Shown in pieces: positions 53,540 to 63,130 of a DNA stretch of 64,000 nucleotides; the first letter of the stretch is position 1; each line of letters begins with the position of its first letter. The stretch covers positions 160,001 to 224,000 of the forward strand of contig JBCBZJ010000002.1 of assembly GCA_039815375.1 (NCBI GenBank), given 5' to 3'. Under the pieces are notes generated by a model. It saw only the letters and a program-made list of their open reading frames with translations, did no database searches and had not been told where the DNA came from. The position numbers and the translations under genes were made by a program. This DNA comes from Verrucomicrobiota bacterium (GTDB lineage Bacteria; Verrucomicrobiota; Verrucomicrobiia; Opitutales; Coraliomargaritaceae).

Positions 53540-54835
53540 ATGGCCGAAAATATTAACTTACAGCTCCAGCAACACCGCGATGCCATCGACTCGATCGATA
53601 ATCAGGTTGTTGATCTCCTGAATCAACGCGTCCAGCAGGATGGCGGCCGCAGCGAGGAAGAGGTTCTCGAGAAAGTTGCCCGGATGAACAATGGGCCACT
53701 TTCTGATGAGAGCCTCCAAGCAATCTATACCTCGTTGATGGTTGCAGGTATGGCGTTGACAGCAGAAGCCCGAGACCCGGATGAAGTGGATCAATCAGAT
53801 CTGAAGATTATCAGTTTGCTCAGCCAGCGGGTGAAGGAGGCAGGTGCTATTGGGAAGATTAAACATGCCAACGGTGCAGATTACTACGATCCAACGCGCG
53901 AGGCCATTGTCATGGCTAAGGTCAAGGGGTTGAATACGGGTCCGATCAGCGACGCGACGATCCAGTCCGTTTATCGTGAGGTTATTTCCGGGTCTATTTC
54001 TTTGGAGAAGAAACTTGTAATCGGCTACCTCGGACCCGAAGCGACCTACACACATCAGGCTGCTATCCGAAATTTCGGTGTGAGTCTGGATTATCGTGCA
54101 ATCAAAACGATACCAGATGTTTTTGCTGAGGTTGAGAGTGGTAAAGCGGATTATGGTGTCATTCCGATTGAAAACTCTACAGAAGGAGCCGTTTTCCACT
54201 CTATGGATATGCTGGTCGAGTCCGAGCTGCATATTTGTTCCCAGGTCTATTTGCCGATTGAGCATTGTTTGATTTCGCATTCGCCACTCGATGCAATCAA
54301 GGAGGTCTGCTCCAAGGATCAGGCGATCGGTCAATGCCGCGATTGGCTGCATGCAAATCTTTCAGATGTCGCCAGCAGGGACGTGGTCAGCACTGCCGAA
54401 GCCGTTCGATTGGCGAGCAAAGATCCCTCGCTCGCGGCGATCGCTAGTTCACTTTCCGCGCAGTATTATGGCGTGCCTATCGTTGAACGGGGGATTCAGG
54501 ATCGAAATGACAACGTCACGCGCTTTCTTGTGATTGGCAAAACGCGGGCGAAACCCCTTTGTCAGGGGCTTGATAAAACGAGCTTGGTAATCTCTCTTAA
54601 GGACCAACCAGGTGCGCTGGAGAAAACGCTCCGTCCATTCGCTTCTCGCAGTCTAAACCTAAGTAAAATCGAGTCACGGCCGAGCCGGAAGAAGGCCTGG
54701 GACTATCTCTTTTTCATCGATTTTATCGGGCACTATGAAGACGCTGTGGTGCAGGATGCGTTGAAGGAGCTCCGTGAGCACTGCGAGTTCGTCAAATGGC
54801 TGGGTAGCTATCCGAATTTGCCGCGCGGCGACTAG
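53540..54835 (+). CDS. pheA: Chorismate mutase / prephenate dehydratase with tandem AroQ module
   Basis: Two AroQ-like repeats; YLGP..TY, PIENSTEG, NVTRF; ACT domain IESRP. Confidence 0.92.
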   Translation: MAENINLQLQQHRDAIDSIDNQVVDLLNQRVQQDGGRSEEEVLEKVARMNNGPLSDESLQAIYTSLMVAGMALTAEARDPDEVDQSDLKIISLLSQRVKEAGAIGKIKHANGADYYDPTREAIVMAKVKGLNTGPISDATIQSVYREVISGSISLEKKLVIGYLGPEATYTHQAAIRNFGVSLDYRAIKTIPDVFAEVESGKADYGVIPIENSTEGAVFHSMDMLVESELHICSQVYLPIEHCLISHSPLDAIKEVCSKDQAIGQCRDWLHANLSDVASRDVVSTAEAVRLASKDPSLAAIASSLSAQYYGVPIVERGIQDRNDNVTRFLVIGKTRAKPLCQGLDKTSLVISLKDQPGALEKTLRPFASRSLNLSKIESRPSRKKAWDYLFFIDFIGHYEDAVVQDALKELREHCEFVKWLGSYPNLPRGD

Positions 54836-54876
54836 CCTGAGAGTTGATTTCTCAAAATCGTTCGGACGAATTGATT

Positions 54877-55947
54877 CTAAGCGGCTGGGGTGGGGGCTCT
54901 TGAATCCTGACGATCCAGCTCCCTGTTCATCAGTTGGTGGAATCCCTTAGGATAAAAAGCAAGCAGACTGAGCAGAGGGTAACCGAGCGGCAGACGGTAG
55001 CTATCCCGATGTGAACGTAGATAGATATATTCATTGCCTGCATTCAAATGGTGGTCTGCATGGCGCTGCACCATAAAGGTTTGGTAGTTGGAAAAACGGT
55101 GGTAGGAGTCCCACGAGTGATGCGCGGCGACTTTCTCGCTTTCTTCCCGCTTGAGCCCATAATGTTCAAGGTAGAAGGCCGCCTCACTAAAAAGAACCGA
55201 GAAAAGCGCTATCGCGGTATAAAGTAGAAGGCCGGGGATCCCTCCGAGAGAGAATGCGATGCCAAGCATAAGCACTGGGATGCCGAAGTAACTCAGATAA
55301 GGATTCTTCAAGCTGAACCGTTGGATTTGATGCTTCCGAATCCGTTCGTCGACAATGCGGCAGCTTTCCGCATATGACTTAGGATACGACTCGACGAGAT
55401 ATTTCCAGTAAGACGCATCGCGTGACGGAGCGTGGTTGTCCTTTTCGGTTGCGACGTGGGCATGATGGTTGCGGATATGAGCAATTGGGAAGTGCCAATA
55501 GCCGAAGGCATTAAAAGCAAATTGCCCGAAGGCGACTTTGGTTTTCTGTTTGCGATGAATGAGCTCATGGCCAGCAGCAGCAAGGACGCCGCCAGCACAG
55601 GCAAAGGATACAATCGCAACTGTAGTCTCCCACCAGTTCAAAGTGTCAAGAACTGCGATCAGCCACAGCAGGCAGACGAAGAAGAAAACTACATAGGTTA
55701 GGGTGGAGTAGGATAGAACTTCCTGAAGCTTGGGATGAACCTTCTCCTGCTTGATCGTCAGCATATGTTCCCCGACGAAATGATCGAGCGCTGGAACAAC
55801 AATGAACATCATCAGAGTCGGTAGGAGCATCCAGTAGGATCCGCCGATCAGCCCCAGGGCCGCGAGAGCTAGAATGAATTGCGGGAAGAGTCCCCGGATA
55901 AGGGCTTCGCGGTTCTGTAGATCGAATAACTTGATGGTTTCAGGCAT
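54877..55947 (-). CDS. AlkB/XylM-like membrane diiron monooxygenase/desaturase
   Basis: HELIH, HIRNHH, YLEHYGL, QRHADHH, LP.GYP. Confidence 0.85.
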   Translation of the reverse strand: MPETIKLFDLQNREALIRGLFPQFILALAALGLIGGSYWMLLPTLMMFIVVPALDHFVGEHMLTIKQEKVHPKLQEVLSYSTLTYVVFFFVCLLWLIAVLDTLNWWETTVAIVSFACAGGVLAAAGHELIHRKQKTKVAFGQFAFNAFGYWHFPIAHIRNHHAHVATEKDNHAPSRDASYWKYLVESYPKSYAESCRIVDERIRKHQIQRFSLKNPYLSYFGIPVLMLGIAFSLGGIPGLLLYTAIALFSVLFSEAAFYLEHYGLKREESEKVAAHHSWDSYHRFSNYQTFMVQRHADHHLNAGNEYIYLRSHRDSYRLPLGYPLLSLLAFYPKGFHQLMNRELDRQDSRAPTPAA

Positions 55948-55957
55948 TTTCCGTTCG

Positions 55958-57145
55958 CTAGAAACGATATCCTAAAGAGAGCGAAAAGGCGGTGCTATCA
56001 AGGTCGTAGTCTCCGTTTACGGTAGGAAAGTTATTGCCTGATACACGACGGGGGTCAGCAACGGCTTGCTGGAAAGTCAACATCCAGAAAAAATGTTCCA
56101 GGTCCTGTCCCACGCCTATCGAAAAAAAGTGGCGATCTTCGTCTGGGACAATCGGTAGGAAGTCGTCATCAGGAATCGCGTTTTCGACGAAGGTGTAACC
56201 TGCGCTTAGATGCCAACCATTCTCGAAGAAGCGGGTGGCGCCGAACTCCCAAATGTATGCAGAGATCCAATTCAATTGATAAGAGGCAGCGGGCACGCCA
56301 TCAATCGTCAGCTCATTGACCCGGTCCCAGTTGGTCCAGTCCAGGTTGAATTCGAAGTTCCACTTCTCGTTTGGCTTATAGGCGTATCCGGCAACAATTG
56401 ATTCTGGAAAAATAAGATCGACTTGTGCATCCACTGGGAAGCCCATTGTGAGCAAGCCCTGCGCAGTGCCTTCATATGTAAGTTCCGTTTTGGCCTGATA
56501 GTTGAGACCAAAGCTATGCTGTTCGCTTGGCCTCCAAAGGACAGAAACCGTGTAGCCGAAAGTCTGGTCGTCGCCTTCATACTCCAGTGCGTTGGTAAGA
56601 AGCTCGACATCGCTGTCGTCGAAACTGACGCCAATACCGACTGAAAGCGAGTTATTGATCTGCCAGGAAAGGGTGGGCTGGTATTTGACGTAGGCCAGTT
56701 GTCCTTCGTAAGGAACTGCAACCCCCAATAATCCGGATGCAAAAGATGCATCGCTGCCCCAATCCGTGCCAAGTGCGAAGGGAGCATATGCGCCAAAGCC
56801 CACGGCTATCGGCAAATCTTCGAAGTTGTGTGCAATGTAAAGGCTCGGGATGGGTTGAAACGCATCGTCTATGTCGTCGCTTGCGCCGAAGTCTCCTTCA
56901 TATTCAAACGTCGCTGAGATAGCGAGTAAGTTAGCACGAAATTCCGTGCCTTCAATCTGGATGAGACCGGCGGCGTTGTAGAAAATCGCTGATGCGTTGT
57001 CAGCCGTGGCGGTAAATGCGTTCCCGCGTGCAGTAGCGAACGCGTCGAGATAGGCAAAGCGAGTGGCGGCCGCTTGTAACCCGTAAGGAGGGATCGTGAC
57101 GAAAAGAAGGCTTAGGGCTATGAGGCTTGTACGTAGTGAAATCAT
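55958..57145 (-). CDS. FadL/OmpP1/TodX-family outer-membrane channel for hydrophobic compounds
   Basis: Signal peptide, ARGNAFTATADNASAIFYNAAGL, terminal LGYRF; ATG at 57145 overlaps the upstream stop (ATGA). Confidence 0.87.
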   Translation of the reverse strand: MISLRTSLIALSLLFVTIPPYGLQAAATRFAYLDAFATARGNAFTATADNASAIFYNAAGLIQIEGTEFRANLLAISATFEYEGDFGASDDIDDAFQPIPSLYIAHNFEDLPIAVGFGAYAPFALGTDWGSDASFASGLLGVAVPYEGQLAYVKYQPTLSWQINNSLSVGIGVSFDDSDVELLTNALEYEGDDQTFGYTVSVLWRPSEQHSFGLNYQAKTELTYEGTAQGLLTMGFPVDAQVDLIFPESIVAGYAYKPNEKWNFEFNLDWTNWDRVNELTIDGVPAASYQLNWISAYIWEFGATRFFENGWHLSAGYTFVENAIPDDDFLPIVPDEDRHFFSIGVGQDLEHFFWMLTFQQAVADPRRVSGNNFPTVNGDYDLDSTAFSLSLGYRF

Positions 57146-59172
57146 CTGGTCGAAGGAATCAAAAGTGAAGGGAGTTCGATTTCGACATCCCATTCGTGTT
57201 TATCGTCTCTCGGATAGAGCCGAAGGTAACCTCCATGCTCGGATACGATCTTATTTGCAACGGAAAGGCCCAGCCCTACGCCAGTATAGCGTGTTGTGAA
57301 GAATGGCTCGGCGGCTTGTTCGATTACTGTAGAGCTAAGACCCGAACCGCCGTCTCGTAGTTTAATACGTAGAATACCTTCCTCATCTTCTGTGAGAACA
57401 ACCTTGATCTCCTGCTTGTCGGGTGCGGCTTGCATTGAGTTGATAAACAGCTCTTCGATGGCGTAAGTCAGTGCCTCACTATTACCCTTTAGCTGCGAGC
57501 TTCTCGACTGATTGTCGAAAGTGAGCTGCGCACTGGAATTGCCAAGTTGACTACGAGCCCGGTCAAATGCGTCTTCTACAAGTTGCGCAAGCGCAAGTTC
57601 ATTACTTCCGGCCAGCGAGGACTGAGCCATGTAGAGCATCTGCTCGCTGAAACGTTTGATGCGGGCAGTCTCCTTGATGATAGAGTTTTTAAGAGAGGCC
57701 TGGAAGTTTGGTTGATCGATTTTTTTGTCGATTAACTGAGCATGGGTTGAGAGCGGGACCAACGAGTTGCGAATCTCGTGGGCAAAGCGTTCCGCGATTA
57801 AGCTGATAAGTTTTTCCTTTGTGCTATCGACTGCGCTTTGCTTGTTGGCCTCGATCTTTGTGAAATCCTCGACGATGACCATCGTCGGTCGCGGAAGGAG
57901 GACGAGCTCGCCCTTCTGGGTGAAAGGGAATATTGAAACACGGAAGATACCGTCACCTTCCGGACCATCTATTTCGAAGGGCTCGGGCAGTTCACCTTTC
58001 TCCACTGCGCGGTGTATCGGACTGGCAAGCTTATGTGGGAGTTCGGCAAAGTCGACCTGTCTCTTAGTATCCGAATTTTCGATACGCAAGAAACGTCGAG
58101 CGGCATCGTTGGTATAGAGGATCTGAAGGTCTTCACCGCAGACAAGCGCCCCACTTGACATAGAGTGCAGGACATTTTCGATTAGTTGACCATGCTGTGC
58201 GAGCTCGCTGTGCAGACGGCTGTTACGAATCGCGAGTCCAAGTTCTTCCATTAGAACGTAAAGTAGCTCAAGCTCGTCATCAATGAAGCTTCGCCCCGTC
58301 ACCGGTCCGTTGAGGACTGCGATTCCAATCGAGCCTTCACGATCGCTGATCGGAATAGCGATATCACAGCCTAGAATTGCAAATTCCTTCTCGGTATTTC
58401 CGGCTGACACGCTGAACGGCGGTGCAGTTTGCCTCTGTCTATGAAGAATACGCGGCCGTTCGCTGAGCTCTTTGCCAATTCCCACATCTCGGCTCAGTTG
58501 AAAACAATCAATCAAATCTGTGGGCAGTCCGAGTGAGGCAATGCATTCGAGATGATTCGTTGTGCTTTTCCGGACGACACTTTGCTTAGCTGAGCTTTCG
58601 AGAAAGATACCGATTCGACTGAAGCTGATGTGATCTCGAAGCTTGAGAATGAAGTGTTGAGTGAATGCTTTGTAGTCCAGGCTGAAGCTAAGGATGTGCG
58701 ACAGATCCCGAAGGGTTCGGAGTGTTGAGGCAGTATCGGCTGTAGTCTTGACTATTGGATATTTTGAACCTTCCGGTGGTTTGGATAGATGGCTCTCCTC
58801 GGCGACCGGGTCTTTTTGTAGAAGGCGTTTCAAGGTCCGAACCGGCACAGGCTCGGCGAAGTAAAGATCGGCACCTTCATCAAAGGCGGTGGTTTCACTG
58901 GCAAGGCTGTATTCCGGCACGAGAACAATGGTAAAAACATCTTCCCGTGTTTCGCGAATATCGCGAAGATGGCGCTGCATGATTTTCTCACCGCTTTCGG
59001 CGTAGATGATTATCATGTCAAAGGCACCTCGCTTGATTGCAGATTGCGCTTCATTCGGGGAGCGGCGGATTACGATTCTTTGCTCCGGAGCCGAAAAGGC
59101 TTCCCGCAGATTCAGCGGGATAGAGGCTTCGTTTCTAATGAATAGAAAATGACTCACGTGATCTTTTAACAA
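57142..59172 (-). CDS. Soluble histidine kinase: pseudo-receiver, GAF, PAS-like, HisKA, HATPase
   Basis: H-box AHEIRN, N-box FINSMQA, DGGSG, PFFTT, GVGLGL; REC-like N-terminus (AFDEGADLYFAEPV); no TM segments. Confidence 0.85.
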   Translation of the reverse strand: MLKDHVSHFLFIRNEASIPLNLREAFSAPEQRIVIRRSPNEAQSAIKRGAFDMIIIYAESGEKIMQRHLRDIRETREDVFTIVLVPEYSLASETTAFDEGADLYFAEPVPVRTLKRLLQKDPVAEESHLSKPPEGSKYPIVKTTADTASTLRTLRDLSHILSFSLDYKAFTQHFILKLRDHISFSRIGIFLESSAKQSVVRKSTTNHLECIASLGLPTDLIDCFQLSRDVGIGKELSERPRILHRQRQTAPPFSVSAGNTEKEFAILGCDIAIPISDREGSIGIAVLNGPVTGRSFIDDELELLYVLMEELGLAIRNSRLHSELAQHGQLIENVLHSMSSGALVCGEDLQILYTNDAARRFLRIENSDTKRQVDFAELPHKLASPIHRAVEKGELPEPFEIDGPEGDGIFRVSIFPFTQKGELVLLPRPTMVIVEDFTKIEANKQSAVDSTKEKLISLIAERFAHEIRNSLVPLSTHAQLIDKKIDQPNFQASLKNSIIKETARIKRFSEQMLYMAQSSLAGSNELALAQLVEDAFDRARSQLGNSSAQLTFDNQSRSSQLKGNSEALTYAIEELFINSMQAAPDKQEIKVVLTEDEEGILRIKLRDGGSGLSSTVIEQAAEPFFTTRYTGVGLGLSVANKIVSEHGGYLRLYPRDDKHEWDVEIELPSLLIPSTR

Positions 59173-59226
59173 TATGTTCAGCTTTTTTTTAGGATTGCAA
59201 AGCTGTTTTTCTCGAAGGTTCCCTGT

Positions 59227-61002
59227 ATGCGACGGACAATGGGTTTAATGGGGATTTATGCGACGATTTATGGCCTGAGAGCTTCACCAATAATAAACGT
59301 TGCCAGCCTGATCCGATTCCAACAAAAAAAATCGGCATTGGATAAACTTAAGGCATCTTCCACACCAGATGTGACCAGTCAACGCGTTACCTTTGAGGGT
59401 CCACACGGCATGCAGATCGTCGCCTACATTGACGAAGGGCCTAAGGAAGATTGGAACGGTAAGTTCATTCTACTGGCCCCTCGCTATGGTGAGTCGAAGA
59501 AGAACAACCTCCAATTGAGCTACGTTCTTGCTTCGAATCACTTCAAAGTGATGCGCTTTGACCATACCAATCACATAGGTGAAAGCGACGGCACGATGGA
59601 GTGGTTTACCATTCATGGTGCTGCCGAGGATATCATTGCCTGTGCCAATCATCTTGACATGTACTATGAGCCTAAGGAGATCGCTTTAGTCTCGTTGAGT
59701 CTGTCGTGCCGGAGTGGTTTGAGGGCCTGTGCGCGCGGTTGCCCAATTTCCCGTTTTGTCAGTGTGGTGGGGATGGTCGATTTGGGAAAGACCCTGAACG
59801 CAATCTATGACCGCGACATGTTGAAGGCCTACTCGGAAGAGAAATGGGAGAGAGTTGATATTCTGGGATTTGATATCAATGGCGCAAATTTCTACGACAG
59901 TCTATTCCGGGAGAATTTGCAGGATCTTTCCGGAGCAATTGAAGATGCCAAAAAGACGAGTGTGCCACTGCTTCACCTTCACGCAGAGAATGATAAATGG
60001 GTGGATAGCAATGACGTCGAGGAGCTGATATCTCATTGTCCAAAGGGCCAACTCGAATTTGTTTCCGGTGTAGCACATGAGATAAACGAGAATCGTGATG
60101 CGTTTGCCAATGTCATTGCGCGGATCATTGCCTTTTGTGCTGGAGTTGAGAGTGGGCCGGTTCGCCAACCTGAAAAGCGGTGTCTGATGAAGCAGAACAA
60201 GGCTGAGCGTGAGGCTCTTCAGAAGATGTTTTCTTTCAATCAATCGGAGGCGGAATTCTGGGGTGATTATCTAAGCAAATTTGGAATTATTGAAGAGGCA
60301 GAATTCTACGTTGAGTATTTTAAGAACATGTCGGAACTGCTTGGCGCGGTAAGGCCGGGAGATACAGTACTGGATGCAGGCTGTGGTAACGGTTTCTTTG
60401 GTCTTAGCCTTTTGCATAGTGCAGCAAATCAAATAGCACCGGGCGGTCCAATTTACTATTGTGCCTTGGATCTTTCTCATGATGGGCTGGCCACGTCCTA
60501 TCGTCGTCATGTTAGCGAATATTCCCGATTGATGCAGATGAGTTTGCGGGCTTCGGGAATCGGAATGACCTATTCAAGGGTTAATCTTGACGGGAGTGAG
60601 CAAGAAGAGGACTACCAGTTGCATTGTCGTGATGGAAGCTTTTCAAAAATCTGCAGCAGTCTGGTCGTTTCCTATCTTAAAGACCCGAGCTGGTTGTTCC
60701 GCGAGATCTTTCGACTGCTTAAACCCGGAGGTGTTGCAATTGTATCCAGTATGAAACCGGGATGCGACATGACAGTTCTTTACCATGAATCGATCACGCA
60801 GAAACACACCTCTAATCGGGAATCGGGAGGACGCGCGCTGCTCAGTGCAGCGGGAAAGATTAAATTGAAGAAGGACTCGGGTATTTATCATTTTTTTAGT
60901 AGAGCTGATCTGCAGAGAGCCGCATTTGATGCGGGATTCACGGATATTTCTGCGCATAGGAGTTTCGGCAATCAAGCGAATGTTGTCCGCCTAGTTAAGT
61001 GA
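59227..61002 (+). CDS. LuxD-like acyl-ACP thioesterase fused to class I SAM methyltransferase
   Basis: HIGESDG, SLSLSCR, VGMVDL..TL, TSVPL....ENDKWV and HEINEN align by eye with LuxD; VLDAGCGNG and RLLKPGG mark the methyltransferase. True start may be downstream (59338 or 59371). Confidence 0.82.
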   Translation: MRRTMGLMGIYATIYGLRASPIINVASLIRFQQKKSALDKLKASSTPDVTSQRVTFEGPHGMQIVAYIDEGPKEDWNGKFILLAPRYGESKKNNLQLSYVLASNHFKVMRFDHTNHIGESDGTMEWFTIHGAAEDIIACANHLDMYYEPKEIALVSLSLSCRSGLRACARGCPISRFVSVVGMVDLGKTLNAIYDRDMLKAYSEEKWERVDILGFDINGANFYDSLFRENLQDLSGAIEDAKKTSVPLLHLHAENDKWVDSNDVEELISHCPKGQLEFVSGVAHEINENRDAFANVIARIIAFCAGVESGPVRQPEKRCLMKQNKAEREALQKMFSFNQSEAEFWGDYLSKFGIIEEAEFYVEYFKNMSELLGAVRPGDTVLDAGCGNGFFGLSLLHSAANQIAPGGPIYYCALDLSHDGLATSYRRHVSEYSRLMQMSLRASGIGMTYSRVNLDGSEQEEDYQLHCRDGSFSKICSSLVVSYLKDPSWLFREIFRLLKPGGVAIVSSMKPGCDMTVLYHESITQKHTSNRESGGRALLSAAGKIKLKKDSGIYHFFSRADLQRAAFDAGFTDISAHRSFGNQANVVRLVK

Positions 61003-63125
61003 ATACTTATTTAACTATATCCTCATTAGTTAATACATTTTCAGGGCTACTTTTACTAAGTCTCCTATTTTCTTCGCGTGGAATCGACCGAGTAAAGTCG
61101 CGTTTCATACTGCTCACAATCAGTGTAATCGGCTGGTCTTTTTCTTATTTCCTCTGGCGTATTTCGGACTCCGCCACACTTGCGCTTTTATATTGTCAAT
61201 TTCTCACAGTCTTCTCGATCTTTTCGCCGATTACCTTCCTTGATTTTTGCTTGGAGCTCGTCGGCTTGCGTCGGCGGATGCCAGTCTTTCTTGGATATCT
61301 GCTTTGCCTGGTGGTCGCTCTTATGGTCGCAGCCGGATATGTCGTTGAAGGTGTCGAATCTAAATACGGACATGTATTTTGGCCTGTGGCCGGTGAACTG
61401 TTTTACGTCTACATCATCTGCTTTGTACTTACGGTCGCTTTAAGTTGCGCCGTTTTGTTTTACGGCACGAAAAAGCACATTGGGCGACGTGCTTCAGACT
61501 GCACTTTTGTATTCTGCACCGGGTTGATTGGTTTTCTTGGAGCAGCGACCAATTTTCCACTTTGGGTCGATATCCCAATGCAGCCCTTCGGTAATATCCT
61601 CGTTGCTGTCTATCTCGTGACGATCGGACACGGATTATACAGTCAGCGGATTTCCGGTATCAGCACCGATGTGTATAAAGCCTTCGTTGGTATTTTTTTG
61701 AACGCTTCAGCGACCTTGTTCTATCTGATCCTGGTGGCGCTCTACCGCACCTTGATTGAAGAACCGATGGCAAGTGACGAATTTTGGTTCCATGGGGTCT
61801 TTGCGTTTTCTGCCAGTGCCTTAGTCTTTTGGGGTGTCCCGAAATTGAAAGTTCTAAGCGAGCATATTGTGGAAGGGGTGTTTCGTCGGGAGATCAATAC
61901 TGCCCTTGCAGAGCTGCAGGCCCTCCCAACCGAGCTTTCGGAGCTTGGCGAGATTGATGCAATTGCTCAGGTCACCGCCGACACAATAAAGTCTTCACTC
62001 GGTGTCTCCGGTGTAGCCGTGTATCATAATGACGAATTTTCCAGCGAGTTTCGCTGTATCTATTCGAGTGGATCCTTCTCCAGAGATGTAAATGGCTACA
62101 AGATTTTAACCACGAATCCAGTTGTCGAGAGATTGAGTCTAAGGCCGGAGTGCCTTGTTCTGAATCACGTCGCTGATGACTATCGAGAAGCTTTTTATAA
62201 GGCACTCGTTTTGCTAAAGAACGACCTTGGGCTGACAGTTGTGGTGCCTATTTTCGCGAGCCATCAAATTTATGGCCTCATCTTTTTGGGTGGGACAGAT
62301 CAGCCACGCCCATGGTCGGAGGAGGAAATTGCTACGCTTTTTAACATTGCCGCACAGATAGGATTAAACATGCGAGCTCGTGACTTTGAGCGACGTTCCA
62401 GTGAGATTGATAAGCTGGTCGCTCTGGGCACGATGGCTGCAGGACTCTCTCATGAGATTCGTAATCCATTGGTATCGATACAGACCTTTGCATCTCTGCT
62501 CAAGAAAGGGAAAAGTGTTGAAAAGCTTCCGGACGATTTTCGCGAAGTCTTGGTGCGTGATGTGAAGCGAATCGAGAGTATCGTTGATGGCGTAGCCTCA
62601 TACTCCAAAAACCAAAAAGGGCGAAAAGCACCGATTGATATACGCGAAGTAGTCGAATCCAGTTTAAGGATTTACGAACAAGCTGCTGATGCTCAAGGGA
62701 TTGAATGGAAGCTGACGTTACCCCGAGAGGGTGAGGCCATCGTTATGGCGAATTTTGATCAGATGGTGCAGGTGTTCAATAATCTGATTGAAAATGCGAT
62801 TCAGGCGCTCGCTGTTCGCGCAAAAGGTGAAATTGAGATTGATTTAGGGTTACGAAATCTCAGTAAACAGGGCTCTCGACGATGGGTTGAAATTTCTATC
62901 GCGGACAATGGTGACGGGGTTCCTGATTCGATTATCGACCGCATTTTTGATCCCTTCATGACGTCGAAGGATACGGGTAGCCGTGACGAAAAGCAGGGCA
63001 TGGGTCTTGGGTTGGCCATTTCGAAACGGATTATCGAGAACCATGATGGGGCAATCTCCGTATCAAATTTTCCTGGTGGCGGTGCAAAATTTGTTGTCTC
63101 GCTGAGGCTTTTTGATTCGAAGTAG
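60999..63125 (+). CDS. Multi-TM sensor histidine kinase with GAF domain
   Basis: Many hydrophobic segments in the N-terminal ~280 aa, GAF, H-box GLSHEIRNPL, NLIENAIQA, DNGDG, FDPFMTSK, GMGLGL; GTGA overlap with the upstream gene. Confidence 0.9.
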   Translation: MNTYLTISSLVNTFSGLLLLSLLFSSRGIDRVKSRFILLTISVIGWSFSYFLWRISDSATLALLYCQFLTVFSIFSPITFLDFCLELVGLRRRMPVFLGYLLCLVVALMVAAGYVVEGVESKYGHVFWPVAGELFYVYIICFVLTVALSCAVLFYGTKKHIGRRASDCTFVFCTGLIGFLGAATNFPLWVDIPMQPFGNILVAVYLVTIGHGLYSQRISGISTDVYKAFVGIFLNASATLFYLILVALYRTLIEEPMASDEFWFHGVFAFSASALVFWGVPKLKVLSEHIVEGVFRREINTALAELQALPTELSELGEIDAIAQVTADTIKSSLGVSGVAVYHNDEFSSEFRCIYSSGSFSRDVNGYKILTTNPVVERLSLRPECLVLNHVADDYREAFYKALVLLKNDLGLTVVVPIFASHQIYGLIFLGGTDQPRPWSEEEIATLFNIAAQIGLNMRARDFERRSSEIDKLVALGTMAAGLSHEIRNPLVSIQTFASLLKKGKSVEKLPDDFREVLVRDVKRIESIVDGVASYSKNQKGRKAPIDIREVVESSLRIYEQAADAQGIEWKLTLPREGEAIVMANFDQMVQVFNNLIENAIQALAVRAKGEIEIDLGLRNLSKQGSRRWVEISIADNGDGVPDSIIDRIFDPFMTSKDTGSRDEKQGMGLGLAISKRIIENHDGAISVSNFPGGGAKFVVSLRLFDSK

Positions 63126-63130
63126 GTCTG

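Noticed and set aside
59227..61002. Bioluminescence (lux) operon
   Set aside because: No luxA, B, C or E, and the LuxD-like domain is fused to a methyltransferase.
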